A DNA stretch of 62,738 nucleotides, the filler included. It is 9 parts of 9 records of this genome, joined end to end, with 100 filler letters (N's around TTAATTAATTAA, not from the genome) between each part and the next. Parts side by side here need not be neighbours in the genome. Positions count along the whole stretch, not along the records: positions 1 to 10,143 come from SRR15195285_163; positions 10,244 to 17,047 come from SRR15195285_165; 7 more parts are not named here. The stretch is one strand, 5' to 3'. Below, one piece after another: positions 1-10,453 of the stretch (the stretch's first letter is position 1; the number at the start of each line of letters is the position of its first letter). The notes beneath the pieces were generated by a model, which saw only the letters and a list, made by a program, of their open reading frames with translations, was not told where the DNA came from and did no database searches. The translations under genes and the position numbers were made by a program.

Positions 1-8
1 CGACGATA

Positions 9-54
9 GATCATTTTTTGGTGAAATCGGCAAAATCGATCATTTTTTGGTGAA
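9..54. repeat. 17-bp direct repeat GATCATTTTTTGGTGAA x2 in AT-richer contig-start DNA
   Basis: Identical copies at 9-25 and 38-54. Confidence 0.85.
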
Positions 55-448
55 CACTCTCCCGATTCCGTCCAATCCAGTGGAGGTGGAGGAGACAGGA
101 GGACGTGGTGGATCTGCTTCCGACAAACTTGCCTACGGTATTTCGCAATTTAGCACCATTTCTGCATGGCTTTTTCAGGCAATTGAAAATAAGCAAAAGT
201 CCAGAGTCACACGGAATTCCACGACTCGGGTCGTGCATGCAATACCGGCAGTCAGAACCAGATGGAATTCCGCATTGAATCCGAATTATACATTAATGAT
301 GTCACACGGAGAAGGTATCATAAACTCAGCCAACAATGTGTGACGGTTAGACAGACAGACCGATCCAATTCACCAAGTTCGACGACCACAGTGAGTGCTA
401 GGAGTGCACCATTCGCTTGTCTCGAACACGCGCCGTGACAACGCACAC

Positions 449-3400
449 TCAAACCTCCTCACTGGTCTCAGCGGTCGCGTTGCTGGCGTCACCCAGCTGC
501 ACAGTTTGAGGTGCACCTCCATCTGACATGGCGTGGAGCAGCTCGACTATGTCTGCCAGCTTGTCCTCAAGATCATCTAGCCGACGTCCCGTCTCGATAG
601 ACTTCGTCTGCTCGTTTGTGTCCAGGCGAACGCGAGCCAACGTGTCCAACGACTGCGGGTCTTCATCTTGGTCTGAGCTGCGGCTGGTTGGCAGATTGCC
701 GAGCGAGGGCAACCAAGACGTGTCGGCCAGGTCAATCTTGCTGGCAATGAAGTGCTCAAGTGGCGTCAAGGGTCTGGCTGCCTTGTGTGCCTTTCGTCGC
801 AAGAACACGATTAAGAACACATACTGCATGTACGACGTAGCTTTCTGCTCTGGCACGCTCATGAAGCTGACTCCTGTGATGAAACACGTTGTCTTACGAT
901 GCTTGAGCGCATTTTCCTGCTGCGCCCGCAGCTCGCTGAAGGTGTCGACAATAATACCAGTGATGATGGCAACGACAACTGTGGTAATGAGCACCATGAA
1001 AAGCATTTCAAACAACAGGCGGGTTCCGTGACCGTCGAACAAAGCACCTGGTTCCTCCCAGAAATCCTCTGGAGTATCGCCTTCGGGAAAAACTGGTTTC
1101 TCTAGCCAGTAAATCAGGCCTGTCTGGGTAAAGCCGGCGAACGCATATGAAACGAAGCACGTCAGCAATGTACTGCACGCACCGCCGGGGTTACCTACGT
1201 TTGCATCGCTTCCAGTTCTGTGGTCTTCTCGAATCAGTGTGTAGCCGAAGATGGCCATCAAGTACACCGCCACAAGCGCCAACAAAATAGTAAGCGCCAA
1301 GCGACTGAAGTTGCGCGTAAGCGATCTCAGTACAATCTTTGCGCCATGCATCTTGAATGCGTGAAGCAAGTGGTAGGCGAACCAAAGATTGTTTCGGAAG
1401 TATCCTAGCAACGAAAAAAAGAGGTCGAGCGATACGAAATAGAACTCGTGGTTCCGCCTAAATGAGAACATTAGTTCCTTGGGTGTCGCTAGCACGAACC
1501 CACAGTCGTCATCGGCAAAACGTTTGTCAGGTTGGCTGAGGGCGCGAGTCACCACTTGCAACACACCTTGTAATTTTGACAAAGCGTTCCTGCCTCGTGC
1601 GACGGCATCCTGGACTTGCTCTCGGATACTGCGGTCTTGCTCATTGCCATCGATGTACTTGCGCGCCGCGATTTCTAGTTGTTCGCTGAACGTACCAGTA
1701 CTTCGTTTTGCCTGCTCCAACGAGATCTTCGATGCTTCAACCACCCGCCGGGGATCTTCGGTAGGACCACCCGTATTCACTTTGGACGAAGTCGTACGCA
1801 ATAAACTATGGGAAGCAATATGTGAAGCCTGCTTGATATGGTCGAACCCTAGGCCAAAGTAACTATTTCGATTCCACAAGGATGCCTTAGCTTCAACTCG
1901 AGCTTCTGAAACCCTGTCCACACTGTCTGCTTGCAAAAAGCACACCAGCGCCTCCGATGTCTTACTCGAGTTCTCCCAGATCTGAATTAGTTGAATTTCT
2001 CCGTACACATCGAGGATTTCATGTACCTGTGCTTCAGTTACCCCACGCGGCAGATCTTTGACGAGAATTGTGCAAGAAACGAAATCTGCATACGTCCCCA
2101 CTTGTTCAGTTTTCGACTGGCCCATCTTGGCAATCATTTTCTGCCTAGATTCCACTTTTGCAAGGACAGGGTTTCGCACGAACACGAAATGTACCAAATT
2201 GATGCAGCTGTACAGCACGTGAAAGAGGCACAAATGTCCGGCGAGAGCTTCTCCCTGAGGCCAGCGATCATACGTGTCAGGGCCATCGTCCGAAGCCTTC
2301 AGCGACAGGAGCAAGATACCGTTCAGTACAAAGCTTATGACGAGGAGCGTCCACTTGCCAACGAGACTGGAAATGAGTGACAGTATCCGTTTGATCACAG
2401 TCCTGTTGGCAAGATCCTTGGCACGGTCGATATGAGGTGCTATTTCAATGTTGCGATCGGTCTGCCAGATGTACTCTATCACGCCCTCTACGAACACTGA
2501 CAGCCTGCCAACGTCCCCCCCGTGCTTGTCGTAAGCTTTGTATAGCAGACCCGTGACATCGCTCCAAAACAGTTGCCCAGTTACAGTCTGTACATTAGTC
2601 ATGTCATTGGGAAGCAGCGCCAGATCGAAATACAGGCTTTCAACTTCCTGCCCCCGAATGACCAGCGCATGACCTAGCCGAGCCCGGAAGAACTCAAGCA
2701 AAGGCTTCTGTTTAAGGACTGCCATTAGCGACACCTTTGAACCTCGGGGCAGGTCGATCTCAACCAGCTTTTCTACAATTGTAATCATGGCGAATGATTG
2801 AGCATTCACCCACGCACTCTCACTCAGGGTTTCAGGGACTGTACCGAACGATGTCCTTCCTTCAATTATGCCCTTCAAGTCACGCATATGGTTTGCCCAG
2901 ACCTGAAAATCCAATGTCTGACAGATGGGAAGTACCACCTGCGGATCCGCATGTCCTTCAAGCAGAGCCAGGAGAAGCTCGGTACAGTAGCAGCTTAAAC
3001 GGCAGCGCCGGAGCTCTGGCTTACTCCACTGGTTTTCAGTGCGTGACGGACTTGGGTCATCCAGAGGTAGATGCTTAATGTGATCGAGCGACTCTATCTT
3101 TGCATATTTCATGATGCGTGTCAGCACCATAAAAATACCTGAAGAGGCCACCTGGTTGGCGTTGACCTTGTGCGGGCCCGAAACTAAGTTGATGAGCAGG
3201 CGAATGGCTGACTCAAACATGTCAATGAGTGAAACGCTTTCTTCAGCAAACCATGCAAGTGATGACTCTCCAGCGACTTCTACAGCGATCTCGCGTTCCA
3301 TCTCTACTACCATCTCATAGATATCCGGGATCAGGAGAAAAGTCTCCTCGTGTCCTGTCTGATTTGGAATGTAGTCCTGAAATCCTCGATGCAAGAACAT

Positions 3401-6400
3401 GCAGCTACTGCACAGGACATCGAGAGCGCGAGCTGCGACGGCGAACGTATTGAATCCAGGTTTTGTGTGTTTCTTCTTACGCAACAATCGAAACTCATCG
3501 CAAGCTGTGGTAAAAAGACGCCGGCAGCTGGCCCCAAGCAGTTCTCGTGTACACTTGTTTTTGCTTGACAAGTCTGTGTGCAAGCATGTCTGAACGTCGT
3601 AGTTACCACCACCTACCAGAGCCGACAACAGACGCACAGCTGAAAGGTGCAGCCCTTGCAAGTGTGCCACAGACAGGATCTTCCAGCATAGTAAGCCCCA
3701 CCCTTCTTTGACAAGAGTAATCTGCGACTCAGACGTAGCGATAGACGGATTGTCAAAAATGGAGTTGTTCTCAGTCAAGTATAATTCCAAGATCTGGGCT
3801 TCCTTTAAGCGACGTTCGTCGCCATAAACTGTGAACGGAACTGCCCGTATGACATCCAGGACAGAGCATAGGATTCCCATTTCGTGGTCAGACATGTCTT
3901 TCTCAGTCACACTCGATACTGTCTCAATGCGCGAGTCAATGGCTTTAAACAACGATCCTGAATAACGAGCATCTTCAGATAAGTCGTCTGGCACGTCCAT
4001 CACTATATCGCGTGCAACATCAAGCAGTTTGGCCGAAGCACCCGATGAGGATTTCATATCAACACCGTACTTCGCCTCAAACTGAGCTATATATGCGTTC
4101 CACGCCGTACTTGCGAGCGTGGATGCTGGCGCTGCAGGCTCTCGGTCCGGCAAGTTGGCGCCGGCGCGGCGTAATGACTCACTTAACTGATCTGGCATGC
4201 CGTCGTTCGCTAGCCACTTTTCCACTACATCTCGCAAATGCTCCAAGACCGATCTTTCATCATCACGCAACTCACAGCGCAACGCCTCGGTAGACGTCAA
4301 CAATTTTTGTGCAATTTTACTAACACGTCTCATACAGAGCTCCTTCGCATTTTCATCGAGTTTGAGCAGTTCAATATTAGCCGCGCGTTTTCGTTGCAAG
4401 TCTTGGCGCGGGCATCCAACAGCGTACAAGATGAAAAAGTCGCAAAGTTCGGTCATCACGTACGATCGAAATGCACTTGAAGAATGCGTATCAAGGGCCT
4501 CTATGTCGTCGCAGAACAGCCCCGCCAGCGGCTTACGAGCGCCAACTTGCGTTGAAAGCACGGTCCAAATACCGTTTGCCTTCTCTCGGACAACAGTCGT
4601 CACAAATTCTGAGTCAGAATCGACAAAGACGTCATTCAGGAACAGCACGAGGGCGCGCTTCACTTCAATGAGTTGATCGAGGTGGTGGAACTGTCTGAAC
4701 TCCTGCCTCGTGAATAGGTTGTTGATTCTGCCGACCACTTTATCGAATGAGAGCATACTGGCAGCCTGAAGCTCTGTATGAGGCATCAGTCCTCGTGCAC
4801 AGAGGCCCATCAATTCCAGCAAGGCGCAGTAGTACTTTAATTCTCTCTGAGATCTGTTCAATGCATCATCGGCAGCATCACCTCGAAATGCATGTATCAG
4901 AACCTCATTCTGCGTCAAGGCAGGACCCTCTTCCCACTCATCTTCGTCCAGCGCACAGTCCAAGACGCGTGCTGATTTCTCGATTAGACCTTTCGAGACT
5001 TGAGTCTGTGCGTACTCGACCGATTTGCCGTCTACTTGTACTAGGACATGCAGCACTTCCAGCAACACGTGATGCTTGCCAAACACCCGAATCGCGTCAA
5101 CAGTTTTTGCCACAAGCATATTAGCAGAGGATATCGCAAGCTGACGGTTCCCCGAAAACATTTTGGGCAGAACGCTGGCGACAAGTAACATGATATCTTT
5201 TCGCTGTGAGTATGTCAATTCGGGGTCACCTCCTGCAGGACCGCCTGCGAACAGCGGCATGATCGTAGACTCCATGTATTCAGCGAACACAAACTGCCAC
5301 TCCGCGTCATCATCAGTACAAAGCGTAGCTACAAGCTTCAACGTACTCTGCAACAGTTGAAAATAAGATCCCTGGTGCACGTCATTTGGATGAGATCGCA
5401 TCATGATGTCGAGATGTTTGTCAATTTCAAGGTTCCGCAGGAGCAGACGGGCAGTGGCGGCCGCCTCTGGCAGGCCTTGCGCACAACGATCAGCCATGGT
5501 CTCTGCCAGCGTGATGCACTGCATCACAGACGCCTTCTCTAGCAGACGCTGAACAGCCCTCTGGTACGATGTTACTAGTTGGTGCAGTGTGAGGAACAGT
5601 TCGGCGTCCGCATTCGAGGCCAGGAGAGTCACCTCGGTGAGAAACTGATGAAACATCTGATGTTCGGCCCGAAAGTTATAGAGCGCTGCGAAAGACGTGA
5701 GAACTAATTCAGTTTTGTGGCTGTACCGCAGACCATCGAGCAAAATATCCGTGAGAACTTTGTCGTCAGTTTTGCCGCTGAAAAGTTTTGTCTCCTTCTG
5801 AAATTTCTCATCAGCTTTGAGAGCATTTTTTGCTGCGCGCTGCGCTGCAACAATCACCTGCACATCGGCCGTCTTTACGATGGTATCAACACCACCATTC
5901 AAAACAGATTCCTCCTGCAGTCCATTGGCTGCAGTGGGCGAAGACGTTGGCGAAGACTCTTCCACTTCGAATGTTGATGCGACCGCCAACGGATTCTCCA
6001 TGGCATGTTCTTCTTTCTCTTCCGTAGACTCTACTTTCCCGTTTGAATGCTCAGCATCCAGACTGGACCCGTCTGTCTTCACGTGATCAGAGAGCTGTTG
6101 CAGCGCGAAGTTCAGCCTACTACTTGCCTGTATCCCGAATAGATCGTTGAGGATCTGCAAGGAGGTGGTTTTCAGTGACATAACGGTAAGATTATGGTGG
6201 TTCGGCGCAAACCTGCCACTTGACCCAGACTTTGACAGTTCCTGCAGCTGTAGCATGTCCAGATGTTCTCGCTCTCGTCTTCCTAAGTAGCCAACATCTC
6301 CTCGGCCATCTAGCAGGCTCACAAGCAACGGCACAAGGCCCTGCAACGCGGGGCCTAGAAGCAGAACGGCGTCGTCCAGAGCGTCCGGGTCATTAGCACG

Positions 6401-9400
6401 CGGATCGTAGTAGCCCTGTAAAATCATAAAATGTATCACATCAAGAACTTCGAGAATGAATTTGTTTCTGGCAAGATCTGCTGCGTTCACGTCCCCAGCA
6501 AGGTCCGCCAAGACTTTGTTAAGTACAGTTACGAGGTCAGTGAAGCCGGGCGTCGGTGCAGAGCCACCTTGGAACGCATCAGCATCATCCTCATTTGTCG
6601 ACACTCCCTGGATGTCCAACGCGGGCCAAATTCGTGCCCTCTGCTGAGTTTGCTTCTGCGTGTTTGAAGTCTGCCTATCTACGTACATGTTTCGCATGGC
6701 TTTCAAATAGACTCGCCGCACGTCCCAGCTCTGCTCAGCTCGATAGCCGCCGCAGTGAGCATTCGGATTTTCTATCTTGCTGAGAATGTGAGCGTACGAA
6801 AAGTTAAATTGAGGCACGTCCTCAAGCCACAATTGCAAGCCATCCGCCATATGACCCGCACAAGTGGCAGACGCGAGCTCAATCATTGCCAAATTGAATT
6901 GATATCTGACCGTATCGGGGGCGCGGATTGCAGCCTCATCTACAACTGTGCCTGCCTCGGAGCTGTGCGGCTCGTGAAAGAGGTCACGGGGGAGTTCCTT
7001 TCTGATGGCCTCGACAACGTCAGACTGGTTTGAGTCCACAGGGCTTCCGTTCTGGTCAAAGCAAATTTGCGCTAAAAATACTGCAAAACGGGAGCGCCTG
7101 AGAGAGACTGTCTGCTTCCAGAACTCCCCAACAAACCTAGTCAGCTCACTGCTCATTAGCAATTCAGGCGTTCCATCAAACATGTCCGAGACAACAGTCG
7201 TCACCCCAAAACCGTGCCCAACTGCTGAGAAAAGGAAGTCCTGGTATTTGAATAGCTCCACCGCACAGGTGGAGTTGTCCTTAACCATACAGTGCAGCAG
7301 ATGGAAACACGCGCGTACCATCAAAAGCACGTAGCGATCGTGACCAGGACTGTCTGGCTTATACAGGCCTTCTTCTTCTTCCGCCCTCGGACGACCGGTG
7401 GATTCGTCGAATTTATTCCTTGCGTTGGAGGCGCTGTTCATCACCCAAGGCAAAGCACAATATCGTGTCATGGTACATGGGCAACAACGTTCTACTGATG
7501 CAAGCCTTACCGAAGAGCACTAACATTTTCCTCCCCCAGGAGCTCGTAAATGGCCTGCACAGGACTCGTTGTTAGTGCAGCAAACCAAAAATCTACCAAT
7601 CAACGTGCGACGTGTCGCACCTGCAGTAAGCGCACAATAAATTTGATTGTGCCTAACCCGAGCAAGATACGTTGCTGCCGGTGGTCGGGCGCTCCCAACC
7701 ACTGGAGCGGGTCGTCTCCGATCCCAGAGACAAGGCTGTTAATGAAACACCGCAAGTCATTCAGCACAGGGCTTGCCCATTCGTTCCAGTGGTGTGGAGG
7801 AGGATGAACGTATTTAGCCCACAGCATAGCCGTGCGCTCTTCGACGTCTGATCCAGCTCGACCCGCTGCTACTGCAGCCGCACCCTGATGATGATGGTTA
7901 AGCGACAGGTGCGGCAGGCGTGTCTTGTGTGACTTGCCCTCTCCTTTTCCAGCCTTGCGCAAGGCCAGTATTGTTTCCACTTCCTGGTTGAATTGCCAGA
8001 GCCCGTCAAGACCCTCTTCTCCCGCTTGAAAAGCCTTGAGCCACTGCCGGGCAGCTGCCCCGATACCGAGCGGATGGAGCACAAATGCATCGCTCTCGTG
8101 GTCCTGCGACGGGTCTAACATCTGCAACCGAAAACACGCCGTAGGGTCATCCGCACTCTGCGAACCTCTTTGATGTTCTTTCCCTTGGTGAAGAACTTTC
8201 CCAGACTGCAGATTCATCAAGAAGAACTTGCTCTCATCGTAGCGCAGCCCAAGCTCCGTCCTCATATCATTATCAAATGGCTTCAACAACCACTGCGACA
8301 GTCTATCCCCAGGGTCTGGTGACAGTGAAACTTTTCCAGTTTCAGCATCTTCCGCCAGAAAAAGCTCTTCGCCGCTCATCATCGCAGCAGCCAAGCAGTA
8401 CCCTTCTACGCGCACGCCGGCAGCAGTTGTTACTGTCGTACCGCTCCAAGACATTCGAGGAACCATGATCTTCCACACCAACTCAGCAGAGATCGTGGAC
8501 TGCGGGTCTGCATCTAGTGAGTCCGCGATCGGTCGGAACAACCGTGGTGCTGGAAAGGAGTTCGAGTCACCAGCATCGATAGACAAGTACCCTTGCGACT
8601 GCCTATGGAAAATCTCTACGTAGTCACCGCCTCGCACGACGTAATCATTCTTAGCACCGGACTCCTGATCTTCCTGCAGCGTTGTGTATTTTGCCACAGG
8701 TACAATTCGAAATTGCGATCGCCAACGGTTTTCCACTGCAGGACACAGGCACACCGAGATTAGCGACATATCTAGCTCAGAGTTCTCTGAGCAGAGGGCT
8801 GCTTTCTACGAGGGTGGCTCTGTTGAAAACACTACAGCATGAGTCAAACACAGCTGGCAGCAAAAGCGAGGCATACAGTTGTTGAGCGGGGACAAGTTGA
8901 GCTCCACCCGACAATCTGTGTCTGGCGCAAACGTGTCTTCGTGGCCATTCATTCGTTGCTCCGAGTCCCTCAGTTCCGTCCCAAGCTCAGTCTGCCGTTC
9001 GCGGTCCTTGCCGACGTGCAGAAAAAGCTGGGATGACTTCTTCATCGCCTGAATCATGACTGTGTCGCCGAAGCGGATGGGCTCGCCCTCTTTCCGGGTG
9101 CGGAAACCAGGGATAATTCGGAACCAAGAGTGCTTGGACCGATTGTCAGGATGAGCGAGGCTAGCTTGCAGCGCCGCTGGGTCCTCGACCGCAATCTGCT
9201 TCCTTAGCTCCAGGTAGTCGCCCGCGGAGTGCTGAAACTGGTACACCCCCCCGAAGAGGGCAGGCTTGCCTCTTTGTGAGCGCCGTACAGTGCGGTTGCC
9301 GAGATCCTCTTTGGCTGCATCTCGCTTGAGCGCTTCGCCTTCGTTGTGGTCGCCTCCGCTTCGCTCTTCCCACCGGCGTTGGGCCTTCGATGCGGCATAC

Positions 9401-9905
9401 TGGTTGGGCGTGGTCAGGACGAACCGGCACAGCTGTGGGTTCGGCGGACGGCCGTTTCCCACAACATCCTGTGCAAGCGGCCCATCGGCACGTCAGTGTC
9501 AGTCTGCTGCGGTCCTCACACTCAGCCAGAACACATGGGCACGCGTGACTGCGTAGGACCTTGGGCAGCGGGCTGTCTCACCACAACATCTGCAGACGAC
9601 CTCTTCGTAGTGAAGTCGCAAAAACACGAGCGGTCGGAATTCCGCGCTCCTGCGAACCCGACGACTTCGCTGGGGCCTCTCGCTTCTTCTAGGTGCCATT
9701 TGTCAGTTGGCGTCACCACCTCGAGAGCGAAAGCGTCGCCGACCTGTGAGTTCATGGCCAAGCATTATCGGCGGCACCCAGGTGAGAGGTTGCACGTGCT
9801 GGACAAGGAGTCCCGGCACATGAGCGACCAAACGAGACCGGAACTCACTTGCAGCACAGCCATCTCGTCAATTTGTCGCGAGCCTGCTGTGCCGGCAGCC
9901 TTCAT
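449..9905 (-). CDS. ITPR: Inositol 1,4,5-trisphosphate receptor-family (ITPR/RyR superfamily) Ca2+-release channel, ~2984 aa, 6 exons
   Basis: Exons 9905-9849, 9743-9582, 9468-8877, 8735-7621, 7554-7511, 7433-449 splice via GT-AG in consistent phase (8955 nt). N-terminal LQVGDAFALEV and WFRIIPGFRTRKEGEPIRFGDTV match the ITPR suppressor/MIR region; LINLVSGPHKVN matches RIH-associated; six-TM region ends GIIVDTFSELR..KTTCF as in ITPR S6. Confidence 0.9.
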
Positions 9906-10143
9906 CTTGCCGTTCCCGTCTGCTCGGCCCTACTACACGATGCGTCACCACCCGCCACAGGGTGACTTCAGCCTGCAGTTGGACGGCGCGTAGAGTCGCC
10001 CTTAGTGCCTTGCCCACCCAGAACAGCCTACCAGGCCCGCTGCAATCCGAGAGCCCCTGGCCCTCCTCAACCCGTCAACAACCAAGCTGCATCGCCCCTC
10101 GTACTCCGCTACCGGTACCGTCCACAACCCGAGCGATCATCAT

Positions 10144-10243
10144 NNNNNNNNNNNNNNNNNNNNNNNNNNNNNNNNNNNNNNNNNNNNTTAATTAATTAAN
10201 NNNNNNNNNNNNNNNNNNNNNNNNNNNNNNNNNNNNNNNNNNN
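10144..10243. other. Artificial contig spacer (Ns around TTAATTAATTAA); same spacer at 17048-17147, 20936-21035, 30069-30168, 34625-34724, 38519-38618, 42301-42400, 58991-59090
   Basis: Eight 100-nt N blocks, each with a linker carrying stops in all six frames. Confidence 0.99.
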
Positions 10244-10453
10244 CTCACGATCCAAGTCGCCACGAGCCAGCAGCTCGTCATCCCTGGTGTCACGGATGGT
10301 CGGGGGTGCGAATTGGGCACTCTTCGTTCTCTTCCCGAGAGGATGCATGTGAATGATTCCTCGTCAATCAAGTCGTGTTGACAGTTTTTTAATTGGAAAC
10401 CCACAAACAAGCGCAAGAGCCCATGCTTACGGTGACACACTGCCGCCGTGTTG

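Noticed and set aside
7434-9848. Frame breaks in ITPR, BBS12, BBS2 and PhyH suggesting pseudogenes or recoding
   Set aside because: All resolved by canonical GT-AG introns in consistent phase.
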